Part shown: positions 29,772 through 41,522 of the stretch, one piece after another
Layout of the letters: each line of letters opens with the position of its first letter
Position numbering within the stretch: position 1 is the first letter of the stretch
Assembly (NCBI RefSeq): GCF_006345805.1
Contig: NC_043009.1
Coordinates: 36,146,001-36,210,000, forward strand
Origin: Octopus sinensis
Taxonomy: Eukaryota
Reading direction: 5' to 3'
Length of the DNA stretch: 64,000 nt
The notes under the pieces: generated by a model
What the model was told of the DNA's origin: nothing
Databases searched by the model: none
Seen by the model: only the letters and a program-made list of their open reading frames with translations
Made by a program: the position numbers and the translations under genes

Positions 29772-29936
29772 GTTAGTGTTCATGCCCACGGGCATATGGC
29801 GTAGTGTTTAAGAGTGCGGGCTACTAACCCCAAGGTTCCGAGTTCGATTCCAAGCAGTGACATGAACACTAACAATAATAATAATAATAATAACATCGAA
29901 AAGATGAGGACAAATATCCGTCGAATGTAAATAATG
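29529..29936. mobile_element. tRNA-headed, hammerhead-tailed SINE inserted as an inverted dimer
   Basis: The + copy 29785-29936 has a tRNA-like head, (AAT)n and an internally deleted tail. The - copy 29784-29553 has (AAT)n, the HHR and the same tail (gaggacaaatatccgtcgaatgtaaataatgta). A 17-bp TSD flanks the pair. Confidence 0.75.
29603..29650 (-). ncRNA. Minimal type I hammerhead ribozyme motif
   Basis: gacac CUGAAGA a GGCUG-10nt-CAGCC GAAAC GU U gucuu. The core is canonical and stem II is a perfect 5 bp. Stem I has one mismatch here, but the partial copy at about 41555-41617 reads gtgtt, which restores pairing. Confidence 0.65.
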
Positions 29937-29988
29937 TAAATTAAGTACCAGTTGAGTGCTGGGGTCAATGTATAATTGACTTAACTCC

Positions 29989-30051
<63 letters not shown>

Positions 30052-30054
30052 TTA

Positions 30055-30520
30055 TCAGTAGTCTAATTTTTATAACGTGCTTTCATTGCACTGCCGAGCA
30101 CAGCTCTGTGTGCCTTGGGTTTGTGCTGTGGTTTGTTCTGATGCTCTTAATTTTACTGTATTGAAAGTGTTTTACGTAGGATGTGTGCGGTGCCTAGTAC
30201 TGCTATTTTCTATGTTATATATACTTGTTAGTCCTGGTGTTTTTGTCTGAATTTTTATTATCATACTTAATGCGCTTACTATGATAGGAATTGTTTCTGT
30301 TTTTAGACTCCACATTCGAGTTACCTCTATTTCCAGATCTTTGTATTTTGAAAGATTCCCCATTTCTTTTAGAGAAATGTTGTCATCTTTTGGTATTAAT
30401 ACATCAATTAGGAATCACTTTTTCTTCATGGTCTCTGACAACTATATCAGGCCTATTGGCCTTAATTTCTCTGTCTGCGTGTATTGGCATATTCCATAGC
30501 ATGGTTGCTTTCTCATTTTC
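30055..30520 (-). mobile_element. R4/Dong-like RLE LINE 3' end abutting (AAT)n
   Basis: KATMLWNMPIHADREIKANRPDIVVRD ... LSKYKDLEIEVTRMWSLKTETIPIIVSAL, then a short 3' UTR and (AAT)n at about 29991-30052. Confidence 0.85.
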
Positions 30521-30639
30521 TGTGACCTCTTCTTCTTCTTCTTCTTCTTCTTCTTCTTCTTCTTCTTCTTCTTCTTCTTCTTTTCTCCTCCTCCTCCTCC
30601 TCCTCCTCCTCTTCTTCTTCTTCTTCCTTCTTCTTCTTC

Positions 30640-30965
30640 TTCTTCCAGATTCTCTCGACAGTTGTACTCTTCCCGAATGCGACAACAGGTGTTCGACATA
30701 AGCCCAGAGCTCAGTCACCTTGGGGCATTGCACAATCGCGTGCAGGACAGTTTCACTGCCCTGCTCGCATCTTGCACAAACCGGCGAAGGTGCACACCCA
30801 TGTCTAAAGAACTTATCTCGAACCGGTAAAGCTCCTCTGTAACATTGCCAGGCCAGGGACTTTTGGTAATTATCTATAGGTCCCAGCCCGAATGTTCTTT
30901 GGAACAGGTTGGCCAGTTGATCTTCGTCGAAGCCTAGATCAGTTATCTCGGCAATTTTGCGCATT
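30640..30965 (-). mobile_element. Tx1/L1-like LINE fragment with CCHC-type zf-RVT region
   Basis: SLAWQCYRGALPVRDK...CARCEQGSETVLHAIVQCPKVTELW. Confidence 0.8.
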
Positions 30966-31305
30966 TAACGATAATATCGCGAGAAGCCACCGGGAACTAG
31001 CGAGTCAAAAGCAAGGGACCAAATACGACAAAGTGAACATACAAATATGAAGTGAATATGCAATATACAATATACAAAGGAAATAATATTCAAGACGAAA
31101 CGAATAGTGGACGGACAAGGGATAAAGACGAAAAAAAAACCCACAAAACGGAATGTGGGCATACAAATGATATAATATAAATTAACAGAATAAGACCTTT
31201 GGGCGAGACAGGAGACAGAAATATGGTTAAAGTAGGAGGAATATCCCAAAGGATTAGATACAGACGGACGACAATAAAGACAGCAAAGTGTGTTGAAAGT
31301 GGGAC

Positions 31306-31375
<70 letters not shown>

Positions 31376-31693
31376 AACACGCACACACGCACGCACACAC
31401 AAGGGAAATGGCTTCACCGAGGATTCGAACTCAGGCTGCCAAATGGGTTTACCCTCATTTACAATGCAGCTGGGGTTAATTAGCATCAGCAACAGCGTCA
31501 CATCCTCTTGTACACCAGTTTGACCTCCGTTTAAAAGATTGTGGCTACGATCTTACTGACTGTGTCAATGTGTAGGTGTATATGTGTGTATGCATAGTTG
31601 GCTATGTCTCTATGTATACATAATATAATATGTGTGTGTGTACGTATATCTTTGTTATATTTATATGTGGGTTTATGCATATATATATATGTT

Positions 31694-31734
<41 letters not shown>

Positions 31735-31928
31735 TATATATGTGTGTGTGTATATCTTTACATATATGTGTATGTGTGGTATCTGTATTATATATATATA
31801 TAGATATTATCATTATCATTATATATTATTATATTATTATTATTATATTATCATTATATTATATTATTATTATTATTATTATTACTATTATTATTAGTAT
31901 ATTATTATTATTATTATTATTAATATTA

Positions 31929-31976
<48 letters not shown>

Positions 31977-32303
31977 TATTATTATTATTATTTTAAACTA
32001 CTCATATGAGTGTTAATGATATCGTAAACGCCATATTAGGAGGCCAGCTGTCTTCAGATTGACACTCATAGCTTTAGGAAGTAACTTTCATCAATGAACC
32101 ATTCCACAGTGTAAACATAGTAGAGCCACCCGTCTCACCCGGCTCACCCGGATCACCCGTAAAAACTGCAAACTGCAACCTCTATTAGAGAGAGGCCGAT
32201 AGAAAGGTGAGAAAGGGCGAGATTGAATGGGGGGAGGGTGTATGCGTATGTATGTGTGTGAGTATGTGTGTGTGTATGTGCGTGCGTAGTGTGTGTGTGT
32301 GTG

Positions 32304-32335
<32 letters not shown>

Positions 32336-32835
32336 ATATCTGTGCGAGTGAAACTGAAGGTACGAGGGTAGGCGGTTGAGCTCTTCTTGGCTGTCATGGT
32401 GTATGCGAAGGTGTATGGTAACAGCGGTGGTGGAAGTGGGTTTCACTATTGGTTTAGTATCGAATATTGTTGTTGTTGTTGTTGTTGTTGTAGTTAGTGA
32501 TGCTGTTGGAGTTGTCGTTGCTGTTCTTGTTGGTGTAGTGGCGGTGGTATTTGTAATGTTGGTGTTGGTGTTGGTAGTGTTGATAGTATTGTTGTTGTTG
32601 GTGTTGGTGACATCAAACAGGGACCCAGTTATTATCTGAAGCTGTATGCCTCTTGTTTAGTCGCATTACCGAAGTAATTAAGCTCCTTGACAAAGATAAA
32701 TTCTCTCTAGCAACATCATATACATGCATACATACATACATACATACATACATACATACATACATACATACATACATACATACAAACATAGTGCTTACAT
32801 ATATGCATGCACACATGTGTGTGTGCGCATATACA

Positions 32836-32876
<41 letters not shown>

Positions 32877-32922
32877 GTAGATGTATATTTATATACATAA
32901 ATATATATTTATATGTGTACAT

Positions 32923-32954
<32 letters not shown>

Positions 32955-33231
32955 TTATATATATGTATATATATATATGTATATATATATGAAAGAGAGA
33001 GAGTGAGACAGAGAGAGATGCATGTATTTGTATATATACACACGGTTGTACATTGTAATATATATGTGGGGTGTATATTCACAAGAAAACGCACTTAACC
33101 ATTGACTCGTGTCAAAAGTGGAATGAAAGGAAGAAAGAAAAAATACAAAAAAGAACAAAAACATTAAACAAGCAAAACTAATGATGATGTTGATGGTGAG
33201 AGTGGTTGTGATGACGGTGGTGATAGTGATA

Positions 33232-33276
<45 letters not shown>

Positions 33277-33767
33277 CTGATGATAGTAGTAATGGTGGAG
33301 CGGTGGTGATGACGATGGTAATGGTGGAGATGGTGCGGGTGGGGTGGAGTGGTGGTGTTAATGGTGGTAGTAGTGATAACGATGAAGATGATGATGGTGG
33401 TGGTGGGGGTAGTAGTGGTGTAAGTGATGATGATATTGCTGGCGATGCTAATTATTTTATAATTGTGTCAATTTTTCTAAATAATATAGATGAGCTGCAG
33501 AGGGAGACAATCACATAAAACACACACATACACACCCACACACCCACACACATACACACCTACACACACACGCACATACACACTCTCTCTCACACACACA
33601 CACACACATACACTCTCTCTCACACACACACTGACTGACTGACTCACTCACTCACACACTCCAACCACACACATACAGATAGAGAGTGAGGTATTCGATA
33701 TGTGAGGCTGTGATTCAGAATAGTGATTTTCATTGTCGGTACATAGTTGTGTGTGTATGCGAGAGAG

Positions 33768-33816
<49 letters not shown>

Positions 33817-34131
33817 CTGAGTGAGAAAGAAAGAGAGAGAATGTGTGTGTGTGTGTGTGTGTATGTGTGTGTGTGTGTACGTGTATAGTTTTTACATCTG
33901 CTATACACAATGTAACTCTGATTCTATCCTAGAATTACATAGAGTGAACATATCTGTGGTATACTCAACCACTTACATAATTCAATAGAGAGAGATTTCA
34001 GTTTGTCGAACACCTGGATTACACTTTGGCAGATATTTCCAGCGGGATTATACACCTGTTATGTTTATGGTTATAATATATATATATAGCAATAATAATT
34101 CTCTAAACGAGATATAGACAGTAACTGCTCC

Positions 34132-34389
34132 ATAACATAAGGGACATTAGCCATTTGAATGTGGCTAGGGACAGGGCAGGGCGGTGGGGGTGTTACTGAT
34201 GCATTTAGCCCCAGGCGATCATCAACGTCACCAGATAGGCTGACACCATCACGGTGTCCTCTATCCTGCACCGTGATGGTGTCAGCCTATCTGGTGACGT
34301 TGATGATCGCCTGGGGCTAAATGCATCAGTAACACCCCCACCGCCCTGCCCTGTCCCTAGCCACATTCAAATGGCTAATGTCCCTTATG

Positions 34390-34393
<4 letters not shown>
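34132..34393. repeat. Perfect inverted repeat, 125-bp arms, 12-nt spacer
   Basis: Arms 34132-34256 and 34269-34393; the ORF track gives the same peptide (HRDGVSLSGD...NVPYV) on both strands. Confidence 0.97.
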
Positions 34394-34425
<32 letters not shown>

Positions 34426-34589
34426 GTTTAAGCGTGGCTGTGTTGTTAGAAGCTTCATTTCCAACCACATGGTTCCGGGTTCAGTCCCACTGCGTGGCAC
34501 TTTGGACAAGGGTCTTCTACTATAGTCACGGGTCGACCAAAACCTTGTGAGTGGATCTGGTAGATGGAAACTGAAACACACACACATCA

Positions 34590-34800
34590 TCATCATCATT
34601 GTTCGACCGTGGTCGAGACAATGGAATTTACTATGCTACGCCAGACTTCACGGTCTATCATAGCATTACGGAGGTCCTGTTGCTGGATGCCTGTATCCCT
34701 GGAGATTACATCAGAGTAGGAGAGTGTGTGCCCTCAAATTGCCTCGTTTTCAGCTCTACAGCAATGTCCAGCAAACTGGACTCTTCTACCTTTCACAAGA
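34590..34800 (-). mobile_element. RTE-clade LINE 3' end with (TGA)n tail
   Basis: LVKGRRVQFAGHCCRAENEAI...DVISRDTGIQQQDLRNAMIDREVWRSIV, then tgatgatga. Confidence 0.75.
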
Positions 34801-34801
34801 G

Positions 34802-34892
<91 letters not shown>

Positions 34893-36536
34893 CAGAAACG
34901 CTCGCACACACAAAAAGTAACGGAGCACACTCACACACTTTTGTACTAAAATGTCATGTACATCCACTTCACTTGTGCAATTTCAGTCATACACACATTC
35001 ACACCCGCACATGTATGCAAGCATCAACCAATTCCGATAACCGCAAACCTCAACTGTTATCTTGATTTAAACAAAAGAATCTTATCACTTTGTTAGTGGT
35101 CGTCTCGAATTTAGCCAAGAAAAAAATAAAGACAGAAACTGAAACGTATTCGAAAGAAAACCATCATAGACTAAGTTCAAAATACACAGATTATGTATAA
35201 AATACGGAGATTATGTATAATTTTACTCAATTCCCGTCTTCCACTCTTTCTCTTCTGATAAATAAATCGTAGAAGTTAAGAGGAAGACATGTCGAAAAAA
35301 CTCACAATGGAGCGATAGTCAATGAAAACTGCTTGACCTTTTCTTAGTTTTTCATTTTGTTGCAATTGTTTTTGTTTTCGTTTTCAATCTTAAAATTATT
35401 TTTTAAACAAAACTTTTTTTTCTTTATAGAAACCTTTAACAAGTCTGATATTAGATCCTGTGAACGTCCAATGTAGGCTTTGGGCGGTGGTTTTGCAGAT
35501 CTGATATTTTGTGAAGTTATAAACAAAGAATGTCTGCCGAACAGACATCTTCTGTATACAACGCTCCGTTCTGACACTAACTATTATCTCTTTGCTCTTT
35601 TCGTTTTCTACTTTTCATGTTCCACTTTTTATATTACCCTTCCTTACTGGTTTCTTTTGGTCCATACGCCGTTTGTCTTTTCTTTCTTTCTTTACTTTCT
35701 TTCTTTGCTGCTTGTGAGGGTGGCATTAAAGAATTGTCTGAAATGGTTGTTGTTTAAGTGTAAATACTTAAAAACTAACAGGAATTCGCCTCCTAGTTGA
35801 CGCCTTCTATGTATGCACACGCACACAGGCACGGACAGACAGACAGACACTTAGGTGTATCTTTGGATGTATGTACACGTACATGTATGCGTGTATGTAG
35901 GTATGTACCTACGTATGTACACACATGCATTCACACATTCACACATGTACATACATGTATTCACACATACATGTTCATACATGCATTTACACATACATAT
36001 GTACGTATATACATACATAAATATATACGTACAAAAAAAACATACGTGCACACATACGCACACACATAACATACATATATATACGCATATATGCATACAT
36101 GCAATTAATACATACACTCATACATACATATATACATACACTCATACATATGTATATATACATACATTCATACATACACATACATACATAAATACATACA
36201 TATATACATAATACATAGATACATACATGCATGCATGCATGCACACAAACACACATGTACTCATATATATTCATATAGACCGAAATATGTACGCATACAA
36301 AGGTACAAGACATTTTGCTCCCTGTCCCATAAAACATATCGAAACTGCTGTTTTTATTGGAATTTTCCGCCAGTATTCCTTTTTAAAAAAATGAGCCCTT
36401 TCTGGTTCTGGTGCAATTTGTATTACAGTATTGTAAATAGTTTGGGCCACAATGCCAAGTTCGTTGGCAAGGTGATATGCAGCAAATAATTTTGGGGCAG
36501 CTACGAATCATGTAAGTGATATCCACATATATAACA

Positions 36537-36840
36537 GGTGGAGGCACATGGCCTAGTGGTTAGAGCAGCGGACTCGCGGTCGAGAGATCGCGGGTTCGAA
36601 TCTCAGACCGGGCGATGTGCGTGTTTATGAGCGAAACACCTAAGCTCTACGCGGCTCCGGCAGAAGGTAATGGCGAACTTCTACTGACTCTTTCGCCACA
36701 ACTTTCTCTCACTCTTTCCTCCTGCATCTTGCAGCTCACTTGCGACGGACCGGCGTCCCGTCCAGGTGGGGAACCTATACGCCAAAGAAACCGGAAAACC
36801 GGCCCTTAAGCGCCAGGCATGGCTCGAGAAGGAACAAACA
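36537..36840 (+). mobile_element. SINE family C-related copy (same head, different 3' part)
   Basis: ggtggaggcacatggcctagtggttagagcagcggactcgcggtcgagagatcgcgggttcgaatctc is a tRNA-like head that continues into the SINE body. Confidence 0.85.
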
Positions 36841-37511
36841 AGCGTATATAACGCAATTCACACAGTCTATCAAAAAGTAGGAATCAAAGATAACCGTATG
36901 TTTTGTTGTTGATCAGGTATTCATCAAGTATCTACTGTTCCTGAAGAGCAAAGTTGTCTTGTAGTTGAAATATGATGTACCTATTCGCAGATACTAACTG
37001 GAGAGGGTAGGTACACATCCGATGTTAACTAGTACAAGTTTCACTTTTGTTGCTGGGCATCTCTACAATCTTGATGCTTTTATATTGAGTCATCATATTT
37101 CGAGATATTTTGAAATTCTTTGTTTGCAATGTTTTGTTTTCAAGGAATTGCAACGTCTGTTATAAAGCATTTATTGTTTTCACATGTCATATACAATCAT
37201 AACTGGTCTGTGGTGTTCAATTATTCTACCTGTCTAGATTGTCAAAGTCCAATAGAATTTTTGGTGTTTATCTTTTAGCTTTTACTTGTTTCAATCATAA
37301 ATTAGACTGCGGCCATGCTAGAGTACAACCTTCAAGAATTTTTTTTTTTAGTCGAATGAACCGACTTCAGTACTTTTTTATAGCCTAGTATTTATTCTAT
37401 CGATATCTTTTGCCGAACAGCTAAGTCACGTGGACGTAACCACACCAACACCGATTGTCAAGCGGTGTTGGGGGACAAACACAGACACATAAAACATTTG
37501 CACAAACATTG

Positions 37512-37995
37512 ACTTTTTCAAGTTTCACTTGAAAAGGAAAGTGTGGATGGAGAGGGAGGTGCTGTCTTTAAGTGAATTTATTGAAAAGTGGGTGAAAGTT
37601 GCAGAAATGACAAGAGTGGATGGTACCAATCGGAGTATAAATCTCTGATTCGGAAAATAGGAATTGGACCGGCACCTGCCTTTGGCGTTCAGGGTAATCT
37701 TGGACGATGGGCTTCCTCGATTATCCCTAGAGGTCCTCCTGTATCAGGAGGGCCGCATCATTATCATCGTATACCCATTATTTTTTTATTTAAACATTTT
37801 TTAATTATTTTATTTTTATTATTGTATGCTATGTATACTCCCCCACTCTGTCTTATTGTATACTGTATATGCTTTCTATACATGTATATATATATATATT
37901 CTTTTTCTCTCATTTCATTATATGTAAACCCTACACTTAATGTCTGTCTTTGTAACGCCCCTCTCTTCCTTCGCCCTGATGGCAAATAAAAGAAA
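37512..37995 (+). mobile_element. Tx1/L1-like LINE 3' end
   Basis: DFFKFHLKRKVWMEREVLS...EKWVKVAEMTRVDG*, then a 3' UTR, aataaa and (ATT)n; same family as 3015-3720. Confidence 0.7.
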
Positions 37996-38002
37996 TTATT
38001 AA

Positions 38003-38065
<63 letters not shown>

Positions 38066-38067
38066 CA

Positions 38068-38136
<69 letters not shown>

Positions 38137-38419
38137 GCACAAGGCTGAAATCGAACAAATAAAGAAAAGAGATTTAGTAAAATTTTGAGGTAAATCCGTA
38201 TGATTTCTGGTTTAGTAATACAAATTACTTTACCGTCACCAATAGAATATACCAGAAGTACATAAATATAAATATATATATACATATATATACAAATGGC
38301 GGTGCCCCAGCATGGCCACAGCTCATTAGCTGAAACTGGAAAAATCAAAATCAAAATCATACCCAAACAAATAAATTCGTATATATACAAATATATACAT
38401 ATATCCACACGTATATATG

Positions 38420-38497
<78 letters not shown>

Positions 38498-38961
38498 TAT
38501 ATATAGTTATGGGTATATACATATATACGCAAACACAGAAACGCCCATCCATATATGCTTATGTTGTTGAATGTATGCGTGTCTATCAATTCGTTTATGA
38601 ATCTATCTGTGTATGTAAATATAAGTGTGATTGTACGTTGATGTATTTATGTATTTCTATATATATTTATATTAGATAAGAACACAAGAACCTTTTAGAT
38701 TGGTGCAGGGTTATTCGGTGACTGAAAGAAGATAAGATGATGGGGCTTAGTTGGTGCTTCTCTAGAACGGACGCAGACACACACACACATACACACACAC
38801 GCGCGCACATTCACACACTCACTCACTCACTTACGCGCACACATACACACACGCATTCATACAGAAAGGGTGAATCATATACCTTATGCACCTAAATTGG
38901 TATACATACATCCGTATGCGTGTCTGTGTATGTATGTATATATGTATATACATATATATGT

Positions 38962-39024
<63 letters not shown>

Positions 39025-39071
39025 CATGTGTATACGTATACGTATACACATAAAAACACGCATTCATACGC

Positions 39072-39963
39072 ATGATCCGGTTCCCGACTGAAGATTAGAG
39101 GCTTCGAATGACCCGTCTGTTTTTTTGTGTCGTCTCTTTGTGTGTTTTTGCGTTCTTGTCCCATTTTGTAATTTATATTTAGTTTCTATACATATATTAT
39201 TGCGGCATAACGTACCCCTATCTCCTATGTATGCACATTCCACCTTGTACGACTTCGTTACACACACTTTCTCTATAGTCTGTGTCTTTCTCTTTCCTTG
39301 CCTCTGATTCTTCCCCCACTCTCTTACATTTCTCCGTCTTTCTTATTTTGCACCATTATTTCTATTGCTAAGCCAATCCTTGGCACGCTGTTTCTTCTCC
39401 CCTCTTTAATTCCTTCCTTCTCTCTTTCTTCCCCTTGGTGCCTTTGTCCCTTTCTTTCTCTCTCTCTTTGATTCCTTGCCCCCTGCTTTTCTTTCTCTCT
39501 CTTCTGTCCTCTCACGTGACTGCCGCTCAAACTGGTCTTTTCGGCTTGACCGCTGCCATGTTAACACTGTTGTCTTCGTTTGCCGCAAAGGCATTTTTTC
39601 AAAATACGCCAGCCAAGATAAGTTAAAAATTGTATGAAGTCGTAAGACACCCGCTGTTTTGTCCTGTTATTACTATTCTTGTTTTTTTATTTCTATTTTT
39701 TGTTTCTTGTATTTATATTCGTGTGGCATCCTGTCCTTGTTTCGTATACATTCGATCCTTTTTCCAAGAAATCTAATGCTCATAGCTTAGTTTTTCTTTG
39801 GGGCTGGCCGTGTCGGAGCGACATCAGAATTAATCAGCCGAAATTGCTAAGATGATCCGGTTCCCGACTGAAGATTAGAGGCTTCGAATGACCCGTCTGT
39901 TTTTTTTGTGTCGTCTCTTTGTGTTTTTGCGTTCTTTTCTTGTCCCATTTTGTAATTTATATT
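39072..39963 (+). mobile_element. Non-coding element with partial terminal direct repeats (PLE pseudo-LTR-like)
   Basis: Direct repeats at 39072-39179 and 39852-39963, period about 780 bp, no ORF, flanked by (TA)-rich tracts. Confidence 0.75.
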
Positions 39964-40289
39964 ATTATTATATATATATATATTATATATATATATATAT
40001 TATATATTATATATATATATTATATATATATATATATTATATAATATATATATATACATACATACATTCATACATACAAACATACACACATACATACGCA
40101 TATACTTAAAGGCATATATACGCTAGTTTCTTATTCAACATTTTTACTTTTATTGGGAGCTATAGCTTAATACTCCGAAACCGAGAAATAGACGAGACAC
40201 TACGTTATTAATTAATAAATGCTACGTTATTAATTAAGTATTAAATATTCATACCGTATATATAGAAGTCTGGATACATATATAATGTA

Positions 40290-41487
40290 GATATATCTAC
40301 GGTCTTTGAAGTATTGTTCTGAAACCATTAACTTTCTTCGCACAGAAAAATAAACTGTGTTTCTTTACAACTGTTTCGCAAAAAGTTTGTCATTTAGCAG
40401 TAAACACGCCTTCGCCCATTTTATGTCAGACTGTTGTTCAACAGCTCTCTTCTCAGACGCTCTAATGATTCTGCAAGCCTACTGCTCTCCTATCCTTAAA
40501 TATTTAGCTGTAATACATTGTATGAAATCAAATAATTTACATTATATAGTCACTTTAACATAGACTAATCAAATAAAATACATTAAAAGTCACATATTTT
40601 AATTACAGATAATCACATGGAGTTGTTAGCAATTTCTCCAAACATGGTCATTGTGCTTAATATTATCAAGTACTTATTCTTTTTTACTTTTTTACTTATT
40701 CTTTTTACATAAAATGCTCCGTGATCGTAATAAGTTACTTCCGCCGTTATGTTTTCGATTCTTGATTAAAAACAGTTTCACATATTGTACTAATGTTGTT
40801 GGGAAAGGTACGCATATCATTAATCCTCATCACCTTCATCCCTATCGCTTAGATTTCTTATTAATATTTTTGTAATTGATTTGATGACTTTATAAAACCA
40901 AATATTATTAAGACTGATATGAATAAACATTACTACCACCGTTGCCACCACCACCACTGTTGCCGCTGCCGCTACCGCTGCCTCTACCGCTGCCGCTACC
41001 GCTGCCGCTACCGCTGCCACTACCGCTGCCGCTACCGCTGCCGCTACCGCTGCCGCTACCACTGCCGCTACCGCTGCCGCTACCGCTGCCGCTACCGCTG
41101 CCGCTGCCGCTACCGCTACCGCTGCCGTTGCCGCTACCACTGCCGTTACCGCCGCCGTTGCAGCTGCCGCCGCCGCTGCACCTGCCGTCGCCGCTGCTAC
41201 CTCCGCTGTCACTGCCGCTGCCGCTGCCGCCACCACTGTCGCCTCCGCTGCCACTGCCGCTGCCACCGCCGCTGCTGCCACCGCTTTCGCCGCTGCGGTT
41301 GCCGTCGCTGCCGCTGCAGCCATAGCCGCCACCGCTGCCGCCGTAGCCGCCGCTGCCGCCGCTGCCGCCGCCGTCCCTGCCGTAGTCTCCGTCGCCGCTG
41401 CTGCTGCCACCAGCACCACTAGCACCACCACCACCACCACCACTACCACCACCACCAACAACAGCAACAAAAATAGCAACAACAACA

Positions 41488-41522
<35 letters not shown>

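Larger units (their letters stand above)
29416..29990 (+). mobile_element. SINE family B copy interrupted by a 408-bp insertion
   Basis: Body at 29416-29528 resumes at 29937; taaattaagtaccagtt is duplicated at 29512-29528 and 29937-29953. Confidence 0.8.

Noticed and set aside
30404-30964. 186-aa ORF as a possible zinc-finger gene
   Set aside because: Chimera of two unrelated LINE fragments joined by (GAA)n.
35400-35580. SVVYR...AYIG motif suggesting a GIY-YIG nuclease; also a good acceptor site at about 35428
   Set aside because: The motif spacing is far longer than usual, there is no supporting downstream R/H motif, and no convincing donor or frame.
36537-36615. tRNA-like sequence (also 6060-6143, 29790-29855, 46256-46320)
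   Set aside because: Each continues directly into a SINE body with no proper acceptor stem or T-run terminator; these are SINE heads, not tRNA genes.
40150-40195. GGAG...CTCC-GAAAC as a hammerhead at the PLE 3' end
   Set aside because: The CUGANGA core is absent and the orientation is antisense to the PLE ORF.
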